A stretch of 64,000 nucleotides of DNA from Tubiluchus corallicola (Eukaryota; Animalia; Priapulida). This document shows positions 12,273 through 25,700 of the stretch, piece after piece. The stretch covers positions 124,001 to 188,000 of the forward strand of contig JAQGDQ010000339.1 of the NCBI GenBank assembly GCA_030141605.1, written 5' to 3'. The notes beneath the pieces are model-generated. The model was given only the letters and a program-made list of their open reading frames with translations, did not search any database and was not told the DNA's origin. The stretch's first letter is position 1. Each line of letters begins with the position of its first letter. A program made the position numbers and the translations under genes.

Positions 12273-12774
12273 TACTATCGGACTGCCAACACGGTTTTTG
12301 AGCAAACGACCATACATATCTAACCTTTACTGCATTAGATGCTTGGACTATGGCTGTAGATGAAGGTAAACCCCTAGCTATACTTCAACTTTGCAAAAGC
12401 ATTTGACTCCATCCCATATGAATGCTTGCTTACTAAGCTGCGGAGTTACAGAATTGAAGGTAAGCTTTTAACTTAGATTCGCCAATTCTTAATGGGACAT
12501 TGCCAGTCTACAGTAGTCAATGGTCGCAAATCTAATTGGTCGCTAGGAACATTGGGGTTTCCTCAAGGGAGTGTACTTGGTCTGGTATTGTTCATAATTT
12601 ACGTGTACGATAAGCCAGAGGTTGTAATGTCTGACCTGCTCATATTTCCAGATGACACCAAGATCCATTTTACAATCGAACAACTCGATAAAGAGATAAG
12701 TCTACAGCAGGATTTGGACGGACTAACAAATTGAGCAAAAACATGGCAGCTTGATTTTAATGCAGGGCAATCCA

Positions 12775-14615
12775 TATTAGCTATAAAAACACATCCATTG
12801 ATTACAGTATAAAGCATGGTCAATTTATAAGGGAAAAGGTGACAAGAAAGAGATGAAAAATAGACGAGGGCTGTTCATAACAAATATTTTCAGTAAACTA
12901 ATGGAAAAGGTGATCAAAAATAGAATAATAGTTAAATTTGAAGAAAACATAGGCGTTCATCAATGTGGCGGAAGAAAAAACAGAGGGGTCTATGACCATT
13001 TGTACACCTTGAGGGCAATGTTAGAGTATAACAAGTTTTATAAGAATGAAGTATACATAATTTTTTGTGACATAGAAAAGTGTTTTGATAAGTTGTGGTT
13101 GAAAGATGCACTGACAGAATTATGGAGGATGGGCATATCACCAGGAGAAATTTTTATGATATATAAACTGAATGAAATTGCAGAAATAGTTATAGAAACA
13201 CCATTGGGAAAAACAGACCAGATAGAAATAAATGAAATAGTCCGACAGGGAACAGTGCTGGGACCATTATTACTATGTTGTGCTGCAATAAACTGGATTA
13301 ATGAGATGGTGACAACAGGGACTGTAATGGGCAGGAATATACATGTGGGTATGTTATTATTCATTGACGATATTGTCGGAATAGGACAAGAAACTATAAT
13401 CAAGCAGATGATTATAAACTGTCAAGAAGTTGAAAGAACCAAAAGATTATCATTCAATATACAGAAAACACAAAATATGAGAACTAACATGACACGAAAG
13501 AAAAGGATTCCAGAATTAAGTGAGTCACTAAGGAACGGAGAGGTTAAGGAAGTAGAGGAATACCAATATTTGGGAGATTGGATTAATACAAAATGTAGTT
13601 ATGAAACAATGTTGGGAAAACGAACCGGGAAAAACAAAATGATAATTAGTTACATCAATACAATAGGAGGTGAGCTGAAAGTGGGAGATTGCTCAGTAGG
13701 GGTACAACTAATGCTGTACGAGCTTCTGTCAGTGAGTGCAGTGCTAAATAGTTCTGAGACATGGTCAAATTTGACAGCAACTCATTGGGAGAAATTAGAA
13801 ATGATTCAAGCAAATGCTTTAAAAACATTATTTAATCTTAGTGAATCAACGCCATACTGGGGATTAGTAACTGAAATAGGCATATGGCCTCTAAAACATA
13901 AAGTAAATTATAGGAGATTGATGTTCTATCAGAATTTACTGATTAGTAAACCAAAGAGATTAGCATCAGAGGTACTCGAAATGCAAATAAACAGTGTACA
14001 TAAAAGGTCATGGTATAATGAAGTAGTTGAGACTGCAAAAAAATATACCATAGATGCTAATAAAGAAAGGGTGAAGGTCGTGAAAAAGTCTGAATGGAAG
14101 AAAGAAATAAAGAATAAGATTGAATGTTGTATAAAGAGTGAATGTGCAGAAAAATGCAGGAGCAGCACTAAATTAAGATTTTTAAGGCATACCGAGTGGA
14201 AATGACAAAATTACATAGACACATGCAAGCCAGAAGAAGTTAAAGATATATTGAAAATAAGACTGAATATGATTAAAGTTAAAGGGAACTACAAGAATGA
14301 GTTTAAGGATCAGTTATTATGCCCAGTGTGTGACGAAAATGATGACACTACTGAACATATGCTTAGATGTTATAGATATGGAGAATGGAAAAAAATTGAA
14401 CTCAGATGTATTAATGAACAGTGAAAAGGAAGGATTGCTAGAAAATAGAAATCTAGTGAACGAATGTGTGGAATACAGGATAAAGAAAAATAAAGACATT
14501 AAACTTGGAAAAGACAAATAAAAGATCAGCGTTAAAGAAGAATAGACTTTGCACCCTATAAAGGTGCCCGCCTCTGATAGGTGGAGAGAGTCGAGTATCG
14601 CAATCGCAATCGCAA
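12775..14615 (+). mobile_element. 5'-truncated non-LTR retrotransposon (RTE/RTE-X-like) nested in the CR1 remnant; RT ORF 12853-14205
   Basis: YKGKGDKKEMKNRRGLFITN, DIEKCFDKLW, VRQGTVLGP and LLFIDD motifs. After one stop the frame continues to a zinc finger CPVCDENDDTTEHMLRC. Ends in a short tandem tail (ATCGCA)3. Clade assignment is tentative. Confidence 0.85.
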
Positions 14616-16731
14616 AAACCTAAGAATAGCATTGGAAACAACAGATCTATAGAAGGACCTGGGTGTGAATGGGGATTATGGTCTGAAGTGTTCCAAATGT
14701 AGAAATTCGAGTGAGCAAGGCAACAAGATACTTGGGTTAATCAGAAGATCATGTAAATTTTTAGATAGAATGATATTAAAACTGTTATTTGTAGCATTAG
14801 TTAGGCAACACCTTGAGTATGGTGTAACAGCATGGATGTCCAGATTTGTTAAAAACCATAAGCTGATCAAAGGAGTTCTGAAAGCAATTGGGATGGTCCC
14901 ACAAATCAAGGAACTACCTTATGACAAGCGCTTAAAGGCTTTAGAGTTGTTTAGTATGCGGTACAGACAGGTCTGTGGTGATATGACAGAAGTATACAAC
15001 TTTACACATGGAATGTACAGCATGCATGCTGAGATCCTTCAAAGAGATTATCAGATAAGAACTAGGGGACATTCATACAACTTAAAGAAAAGATATAGCC
15101 GTACTGCTACACACGTGAGAATGTAGTCTCTACGAACTCCAAATCCTCTTTTAAAAGCAAATTAGACAATGTTTGACTGAAGTACCGATACAGCTCCTAA
15201 TCTGTGCCACGTAGAAATTTTTAAAAGTGCCGACAGTCATGAACGGTCAACACACAGAGATGCCTAACAACTAGGACTGAATTGATATGAAGTCCGCCTG
15301 TCGAATGTCTACAATATATTTAATGGGCATTATGATTTTGTATGTTTATAAGTTTTAATAAGAGCGTTTTGATTGAGTATTCAGTGTGTGAGAATCATTG
15401 TTTTGCCTGCCTGCATTTATTATTTACAGGTCATCTTATCTGAAGCAAGCTCTTACTCAGATATTAGAGGGGAACACCCATTTCCCCCTTGCAGGGGTAA
15501 AGTTTTTGTTAAATTAATTATCAAGGACAAAATTGATAGAGGTGCTACTCGTAAAAGAAAAAGGCCGTTTTTTATAACCAAAATAAAATTATCATAAAAC
15601 TGCGACATTTATTGTTCAAAATAATTCAGAAAGTTTGGATCATTTGTTTGTTTACTGTTTTCCCTTGTTGAGCAAAGATGTTTTGACTTTTGAATACAGA
15701 CGGTAACCAATAATAATTGAGAGGGAAGGAGTACGCAAAATAAAACTGACCTAACAAGAGATGACAGGTATCAAACGTATTCAAGATTACCTATTTTGCT
15801 TCTTACCTTTTGTTTACGGTTTTGAGTTAATAAGTTAAACTGTTGGTTTGTTAATACGGTTTTGATAAAACTAACCGCATTTCAAGAAATTACCGTTGTA
15901 AGGTAAAAAAATCCTTGTGTTACGCATTAGAATTAGATTTCGTTTATTTTTCACCTGTTAATAAAGATATTACCACAATAAATATTGTATTTTTAGAGGT
16001 AAGACATTTATTTTCTCCAAATGTGTCTCAAATTTCCATTTTACGAAAAAATGACTTTATTCGTGGAGATTGGGCGAGGAAAGACAGTAAGTCATCTAGT
16101 CACCCCTTATAACTTAACATTGTAATAGCAGAAAAAAGAGTTGATGACACCGGATGCAATTATTGTTAATTGAAGACATCCGAATTTACCGGAAAGACAA
16201 TACTGTTTTTGAGTTGCACGAAACTTTATTTTTCTAGAGTATAAATGAATTTTTTAGTTTGGCACCGGAATTACATGTATTTTGATTAAATGAACCATAA
16301 TTTTTTATTCGAGTTAAGCGATGTTGGAAATGTGGATAAAACGAAGGATTTCACCAATTCTGCTGAAATTCTTTTGAGTTAGGTGAAAATTTTAGTTACG
16401 CGGAGTTTGTAGTACTATATTTTTAGCATCGCACGCATACACGCCATTTCAGTCACTCTAGTGTATCACCCGGAGCAGCGCATAATACCCGAGATGCTAA
16501 TTGAGTCACTCATGTAGATGTATCATTAACTTTAAGAGTATATGACCACAAAATAACATGTTGTCTTACTAGCATTCTTCTCACCAACTTCCACTTTACC
16601 GTTTTGTTTTCCATTTTCAGCTGCACTTTCCGGAGAGCATGAAATAGAAATTTCGTGATTTTGCCGTTGAGCTGCACTTCAGACACTTAATAAATTAACA
16701 TACTTGGAGTTCCAGCTACGAACGCTTCAGA

Positions 16732-19700
16732 ATGGGTGGCGGTGCAAAATTAAACTCTTACGGTGAATGTATGAAATACACAATGTTCGTATTCAACGTT
16801 GTTAGTCTGGTAGGTTGTCATGTTTTTTTTTAAATCAAATTAATGTTTGCTGTGTTTAGGCATTGTTCACTTTCAAATGCACAATAGACTGTTACGACAA
16901 TAGTACGAAAGAGTACAGCAGATTGCTAATAGAATATGAGATGCCTTGACAGTCTATACAAGTTGCCAGTTTCGTACTCGATCGAGATTCATTTCATTTG
17001 GAACTTAGGCTTAAAGCACAAGAAAATCCTCCACTTGCATAATGCCCAAAAAATTGTCTGGAAATTTTATACCATTTGCTTACTGCCTTTTTGCATACAG
17101 GCCTTGCGTTGGCAGTAACACTGTATAAAACATGTATATTTGAACTCCCGCAATGACGTAGCGCGTGCACACGTCACTAACTAAATAAAATTTAAAATTT
17201 CTGTATCTTGTCAGTAAAATTAAATATACGTTTTTTGGTTAGTGAGTGGTGCACCTTGGAGGCGAGTCAATAAAGTATGAATAAGAGAGCTTTGCTAATA
17301 ACTCGATACATGACCTTTTAATACAGTTAAATTTCTTTCAGAAAGTGTTAAAAGTAAAACTTCAGCAAACTGCCCCCGCCTTCATTTCCATTTTCAGCCA
17401 ATAATTTCTTGGTCTCATCTTCATCTCACTCATGAATTGACGAAAAAAAAGCCGAGAACTCGTCAGATATCATCCTAGGCCAGTACTATGACCTAGCTTA
17501 GCAAGCTGTTCCTTGGGCCAAAATTACACATACATGGCACAGCTTATGCCAAAAAAGATTCACATTAAGATTTAAAAAAGAAATTAAAGTTGCTGCTTAG
17601 CAGTTTCTTGTGAGGCATTTAGTTACTTATTATAACAAGTAAGCCTTTTTACAGTTTTGTTGTGTGCAGTTGCTGTTGTTCAGAGATTAAGTGTACCACA
17701 GCAACGTGTCTTAATTATAACCGTCACGTGACGCGTGGGTAAAGCAAAGATGTGTGATGCATTAGTTCAGTAACTTCAGTTGTTTTACGTGGACTTTACT
17801 TAATTATGCATTAGTCTGGGCGTAGAGTGATTTACTAGCAGGATCTTGCTTCGGAACAAGAAAAAATAAACTAGGTAAGGTTCTAGCTAGCTGTTAAAAC
17901 AATAGCATGGACTGCAAGGCGTTGTCAAGTGTACACAAATGCCTTGTCTACTACACTTAAATTTTGGCCTTTTCACGATTGTCATCAATCGTTGGAACTG
18001 TGAAAAAGCTTATTACCTGCAATGGCATATGCAATTGAGAATGGTGCTCAGCAAATTCTGCGATTTTCCACTTAGGTGACTTCATTTGCCATGCCGCTTC
18101 TGACTGTTCACCTCGTAGAGGCTAAGACACCTCTGCCAGTTCAGTGGCTCATGTCAGAGGCATTACCTGGATACAAGTCCGGTTCTGGTAACGCCACGAC
18201 CGTCCAGTCTGAGTAGGACTGTCACAGATTGCTAAATATCAAGTTGTATGAAAAAGCTGACAAAGTAATTTTCTTAAAAGAGAAACTTCTTTCTCTTTTA
18301 GTAAATGGGGACCACATTGACTAGACACAGACATGGTTTCTCATTGATTGTATAGCTCATTTTTTAAATGTTTGTAAAAAATTGTTTGTTAATGCTTATT
18401 TTACATGTGTATCTATATATTGTTATTCGCGATTCTTGCAGTTGGTTGGCATTGGTTTAGTTGCTGTTGGTGTCTGGACGGTCGTCGACAAGTATTATGT
18501 GGAACGTGAGTATCGTTTGAATGTGGCTCTTTGTTCAGCAGTGCAAATGTCGTTATCATGTACACATGTCTGGAGATCGATAAGTAGAATGCCTCCTGTT
18601 GTCATAGCGTCCAAAGCCAAGAAAATGATGCTGCCTGCATTAATTATTTGTGTGCTTGCACAGCAAAATCGTCCATAAGTCGGCAATTAATTTTTCTAGT
18701 TATTCACATATCTTGAATCTCCGTTTCATAAGGATCATTTTGATACCAAGTTCATCGCTCTATGTAATTTCTGACCTGAGTTAATCCACGTTGAAGTTGA
18801 GGTGCAGGCTGCGCACTGAACGCTGTTAAAATCAGCCATTGTTTTTTGTCGCGCCTCTACAAAATACGCAAACGTTGCTTGCTACGGACTTCGCAAAAGC
18901 ACATTGAAGTTATGTTTAAATCCAGTAGATGGTGTTACTGACGAAGATCTGGGCTTAGCAGTAGAAAAAAGTCCGAAACAAAATGACTGCTTCCACGAGC
19001 TACCATCTGAGTTTGAAAATAAGAGTTTTTTACAATTGCATTACTAGTTTCTAGACAGAACACTGTGTATTGGGTTATACAATTAATCTTTTAGTGTTTT
19101 TCGAACGCTTTTTTGATAATTTGATGCTAGAATATAAAAAGTCTAATATACTTAGCATTTTTTTTACAAAATATGAAAAATTGACACGTGACCAAATTTT
19201 TGGGTCATTCTGCTTTGAAGTATCATAACGTGGTTTTAACTATGCCGATGGGGAACGATTTTGGTATGCAAGCTCACATTTTTTTATTATTTTCTCAATG
19301 AGAGTTTAACACATAAAAACAATTGCTGCCTCTTCTTAAAAAAGTAGGTTAGCTTGATTCGTATCCAAAGTTGGGTTAATCAACTTCACATTTTATTAGA
19401 GGACAGGACACGATTCTTAGCATGATGGGCTTAATTAAAATTTTGATTTAGACATAGTTTATTGTTTAAAGACATGGTCCACCAAAGACGCAACAATATA
19501 AAATTTTTAGATACTATTGTAACATAAAAATTATGATAAAACTTACAGCATTTTATGACATTTTTTCAATCCCTGCTGCCATGCAAGACATGAGAAACCA
19601 CACAAAAGTATCACAAAATGACAAAATTCTAAAAATGGTTTCGTTTCTGTCATTTCTGTTATCATTTAAACTTATAAATATGTAATTTGTAATCTACCCA

Positions 19701-22700
19701 AGCGTAGAATGATCCCGACTTTAAATTGATTTTCCGTAATTACATGCGGCACTATTCACGCTTTTATTACTAAATCTTTCTGACTTTTTTGCAAACATCG
19801 GAATAACTCTAACTTTCTAGAAGGCTTTGCCTTTTCTTTAGAACCGTTCTTCTGTGTCATTGTTATTAGTCCGATCACCACCACCACCATTATCAGTCGG
19901 TTTTGACTCAGAAAGATCAGTGTAATGATGAAAAAGTGCCGTTTCCGTGTCTACACTACTTGTTGCTAACTCTGCAAAATTCAATTTGTTAATTACATCT
20001 CCGTTGTCGAGCAACCGTTGCCGATGCTGCCTGGCTTGATATGCAGAATATGGAACTAGTGCTGCAATTAGAATGCTTGCCAGTATCATTGAACCAGCCA
20101 TTGACATAAATGCAGCATTGACAGATCCTGTGGCATCCGTGAGACTGCCTGAAATAAACGAATCACAAAACTTGTGTATCTTCCACTCAAACTGACAGGT
20201 TATGCACATGTTTTAATAAATTAATATAGAGATAAATGCCATTTTTTAGATATTAGATTTTAGATATTTTAAGACTGAAAACATAAATGTTTTTGTTTTA
20301 TGTCACTCACAAGTTTTTAATACTATGAAATAGTATGCTTAGACTTTGCAACCACGTATGGCTCTACACCAGTGGTTCTTAACCTGGGGTCCTGGTACCT
20401 GCTGGGGGTACCAATTGCTGTCCCAGGTGGCACCAAATGCAAATCTGGTTTATCAAAAATTTTGCCCTGAGAGCGACTCAAAATAAGATATGTCTCAAAG
20501 CTAAGCAAAGAGGATATAGTAGTTGAATCCTGACCCCAATCGTTAAAAGACTCGTTGTTTTTATATAGTAATAGACAAGATGACCCTTTGACACGATATA
20601 TTAATAACTCTGCATGCTGTGTAGGTAGGTAAAACAGCTGAATGTCAAGCGACTGAGTGACTCGTTGTTTTTATATAGTAATAGACAAGATGACCCTTTG
20701 ACATGATATATTAATAACTCTGCGTGCTGTGTAGGTAGGTAAAACAGCTGGATGTCAAGCAACTGAGTGACTCGTTGTTTTTATATAGTAGTAGACAAGA
20801 TGACCCTTTGACACGATATATTAACAACTCTGCATGCTGTGTAGGTAGGTAAAACAGCTGGATGTCAAGCAACTGAGTGACTCGTTGTTTTTTATAGTAG
20901 TAGACAAGATGACCATTTGACACAATACACTAACAACTCTGCATGCTGCTTGCCCGGCAACTTTGTCGCTGTACCAGGAATGTTTAACGGTTAAGTTTAA
21001 CAGTAAATTAATTTGTCAACAATTGGCAAAGGTAAAGTACGCAATAAAAACTAAGAAATACATAGTAATGTCGACAATGGGGCCCGAAAAAAGTGTGCAA
21101 TAACCAAGCACGCTGTATTCAAAGCTATTTTACTAGTTAAATGATGAATGAAAGTTTGTTCTTTTTGAGCGTTCGCATTAGCCATGTGTACGTAGTAAAT
21201 CATGTTCGCTATAGTGGTGTTATACTGTAGTTAAATCTGCAGTAACTGTTTGAAATGATTTTATTCTGTCTTATTTGTAATAATCGCTTTCTTGCATCTT
21301 AAATCAACTCTTCGCTCTATGCTGCAAAGAACTGTTGTGTACTAATTTATGCTATCTGACCTGTTAGTAGCGGTCCAAGGAACAGGGCGCTAGACTGCAG
21401 CAGCTGAACCAGTCCAATCGACGAAGCCATTTTTTCTGGTCCATTTAAGCAGAGCATTAAAACAAATGGAGGTGCATGGCATCCACCAAACAATACACCT
21501 TGTATGATTGTCCACCCCATTAACTGACTGCTCGTCCTAATGTACCATATAAAAACTGTCATAATAGCTGTGAGACATAATAAGGCAGCAAAACTGCCCG
21601 TTTTCATTGTCTGTTGACGCATGATTTTATGAGCATAGATGAAACCCCATATAATTCTAAACACCATTTCAATGAGGCTTAGCATTGAAATGAGCCCAGC
21701 ATCTTCTATTGCACTTGACGGGTTTTCTTCAGCTTCGCGTGTTTCTTTTGATTTGGTAGGCAAGAGAATGTATGTTGTTGAATAAGTGAAATAAAAGAGA
21801 ATCATTGCAATGGCTAATGTCATGTACTGCACGTCTTTTAACAAATCCCAATGAAATAGCTCCTTTCTAGCATTGTTGATGTTGTCATCTGTAGAATGTG
21901 GTGTCCTAGTTTCTTTTTCTTTGTCTTCTTCTACTGTAATTTCTAGTCGACTATAATTATTCTGCTGATGTGTAGTGGTCAAACCGTCTGCTGTTTGTCT
22001 GTCTCCATCTGTTGTACCACAACCATTTTGGACATGGTGTCTGCGTCTCTGCGTTGCGTCAACTACAGCAGTAGGTTGATTTTCACCAAGATTGTCTTGA
22101 ATTCTGCCATTGATAGAAGCAGCACCATTCTGTTCGTTACACTTTAAAGATGGTTTAAGTTTAGGCGATGTTAAGGGTCTATATAAACTGGCACAGACAA
22201 TCAGATTCATTGTGATTCCTCCACATATTAACAGTGCACCCTGATAGTTATAAGCTTCAAGTAGCAGCTCGGTAATAAGAGGAATAATTAACGATCCAAG
22301 TGCTGCTCCTGCTTGTGTGATTCCCAGGGCTATTGATACACGTTTGTCAAACCACTGTGTAACAATTGTCATTGAGGTCACTACGATCATTGAACACCCA
22401 ACTCCTAAAATTACATAATAACATGTTTTGCATTCAGGTGTCCTACAAGGCACAGTGCCTGTACCATTTTTCTTTTTTTAATATATAATTATATTAAAAA
22501 TATGCTGCATTTTTTGCCTTGTCAGATGCAATGACACAAAATTTCAGAAGGCAACAGTTCACGTCTCGTATCTTAGTGCATCTTAGAGTAACAGTTATGT
22601 GAAAGCAAATGTAATAGTAATGCTGAAATATTTGTATCCTGATGTAAAAGTACTTTAATGTTGATGTAATAGTTACATATTTAAGCTTTAAATATTTAAT

Positions 22701-25700
22701 TTGATTTGAGTTCTCCTTTATTCCAAACTTATTGTTCGTAATCAAAATACAGTTACACAGCAATAAATTACAATAACACATGCATAAACTTACAAAGTTA
22801 AACTGTTAAACAATATTTACAATTATGACCAAAAGTGTGGCCTCAGAAAGAGTATTACCATACAAAAGAGAATACGTCACAAACAGAACTCCGATATGAT
22901 TTCCAAAATAACTGAGCGAGATTCCTAATCCTGCACAGACACTGCCTACCATACAGACACGACGAAATCCATACTTATTGCACGCGGCACTAGCCAAAGG
23001 TGCTGAAAATCAATAGAAATTAATTATGTGTAATTTCGTTAACATGTATGACATTGGAAGACTGCAGAATTGAGAAAGAGAAAGCAATACTGATGAAGGC
23101 TAACCTTTCTCAAATCATTTTTAGCTCGAGCGTTTCCACTTTTTGAAAAATGCAATACGGGTTGTTTCAAAAAAAGTGTTTGTCTAAAATAGCAGTATTA
23201 TTAATTTTAATGGAAAATTTTTAGTAAAAAAATTCTTGGATGAGTTCAGCATAAAATGTTATTTTTATGCATGCTACATAGAAGAAGAAAAAAATTTGTA
23301 CTATTTATGTGTACAGTAAATACCTAAAGCAAATGATAGTCCAAAGGCTAGTCCATTTACCCATTGCGTTATAGTTGTACTCGTCCCAAGTGTTTCCTGT
23401 ATGGCTATCATCAAGATTCCGTACGATTTCAATTGACCGATGGTCAGTGCCAGTGCACACATTGCCGCAAACACAATTACCCATCCCCACCCGCCTTCGG
23501 GTGGACTGTGTTTGAGCTTCTCGGGTGCCATTCCTATTTCTTGACTTTAGTCGTAGTTTGGCACTGTATATCACATTTTCTTTGAGTCGTTTAGTTTCCA
23601 AAGCTTGTACAGAATAATTATAGAAAGTGTACTAGTAGCCTAGTAGTCTCATACATAGATTTCTCTGTGCTCACCTTCACATTGAGTATATACACTGAAG
23701 TAAGTATTTTGCGTTTATGATATTTGTACATAGAAACGCCTCGTGTATGATATGTGGGTTAAAGTACAAAGTCTTAATTGCCCGTATTTTGCGACTGACT
23801 TTTGTGTCTAGACCTATTTGATTTTACTTTTTAACTGTCTCACCTGAACAAGAGGCGTGCTTCCTTTTTTGGTAATATAGTTTAGATAGCTATTAAGAAT
23901 ATAGTTGATATAATTACAGAACACATGCCAGTATATCGACAAGATATCTGGGTTAAATACATGTTATTGCAACTTTGACTTGTTTAACTGATCTAATAAG
24001 AGGACTAACTAAATTGTTTAACTACCTATACAAATTTCTTTTCTTCTATTTTAGTGCTCCAATGCAACCAAATGCGATGCATTAGCTGAGCTTGTGTGTC
24101 AATAATTTAAATGTTAAATACGTTAAATGGCTTACTTCCTTAGTTAGTTTGTTTTAAGTATATACATTGTACATTGTATATACAAGTATATCTATTGTTG
24201 ACAGTAGAAGGAGCTGATCTGTGTGCTACTACCGTATATACTTATGTACAAGTCGAATTTTTGGGAGGCAATTTTAAGGTGAAATTTTTGGGGTCGACTT
24301 ATACTTACGATATGTTTTTGGGAGATGTCGCTAAAGAGTCGTCTGCGAATACGAATATGTAAAGAAATAATCCTTCATTATATGCTGGACTGAATGAACA
24401 CTCATACTGTGATACTTCATATCAGAAAATGTTCGCATCTTGACATTACTTCACAAAATTGGCAAATATTACTGTAAGTTATTTTAATGCATGAGAAATT
24501 AAGTTAAAATTTATTTATTACCGTTAAATAAACTAGCGACGGAGCCCTCAATCAGAATATGGAAATAGCCAGGCTGCATTATCATAGATTGCGTTGAGGT
24601 CCCTCAACATGAATATATATACATATATATAATATACATCGGGTAAGTATAATATACTCGGCCCAGGCACTTGCACATATCTTACACACTAACACAGTAG
24701 GCTATTGATTTTACTCGGCCATTGTTGACATCATTTACTGTGGAAGATCCTAATATTTCATGGTCAACTTGTACACAGGTAACATATAAAATGATGCAAT
24801 TTTTGGTCTTAAAATGCACATTGACTTATACATAATGTCAACTTGTACACACGTATCTATGATAATTAACAAATGATTTAGATTGACTAGGACGTGACTG
24901 GACTGTTTAGCTGATTTAATTACACATAGAAAATTTATATTCTTTGCTCATTCTTTGCTCATTGCACCGGAGCTACCTTGAAATCGATCCCGATTCAATT
25001 TTTTTTACGAAAAATGTACCTTATGACAATTACTCACTTCAAAGTAGTGAATAGTTTAATCAATTACGCATCAATAATATCAGTGGTACAGATAATGATT
25101 CTAATTTAGAACAATTTTCTCTGTTCCGCCATAACTGCAGAAGTCTTCAAAGAAACTATGATGATATTATTGATTTTCTCCAATTGGAAAATAGAAACTT
25201 CTCAGTTTTAGCATTTACTGAAACCTGGCTAAAACCGTACAATATAGACCTGTTTAATATACAAAATTATACATGTGTAACAAAATTAGAGAATCAAACT
25301 CGTTACTTTTCTTACAGATCAAAGGGGTTTACACTTTATAAGCAAAAGATCCTTGTTCAAATTCAGGCTGTATCCTAATTTTTTCACATTTTCTGTCCTT
25401 CAACTTTGATATCAAAATTTAATTAATTGTGGGTTTGCTGTACCATGTGTAGAGATAGATTTGTTAAAGAATTGCCATTTGTCACAGCAGCCATGTCGAT
25501 TACTACCCATGTCCAATGAAAGCTGTTCTGCCTGAAATGTAGCGATCCTTTGATATTCAACGTCCTGAGGAACACTGCCACTTCTTGAAAAGTATTTTTG
25601 GAATGCAGGTGAGGTCAATTCACACCTAAAACCGTGTTATTAACTTTCTGAAATTTTGTCATGTTATTAAACTTGGGTCACTGGCAACCTGCTAAACAAA

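Larger units (their letters stand above)
11500..15200 (+). mobile_element. Decayed CR1-group LINE RT region split into three pieces (about 11500-11643, 12275-12770, 14620-15200) by two later insertions
   Basis: DPGNYKPFSLTCICCKVMESIVRD / LSDCQHGF...PQGSVLGLVLFIIYV...FPDDTKI...WQLDFN / KDLGV...GNKILGLIRRS...LVRQHLEYG...RTRGHSYNL: CR1-type RT and C-terminal motifs in colinear order. Confidence 0.85.

Noticed and set aside
12853-14205. 450-aa reverse transcriptase as a host or domesticated gene
   Set aside because: 5'-truncated, has a stop before the zinc finger and a tandem tail, and is nested in another LINE: a retrotransposon copy.
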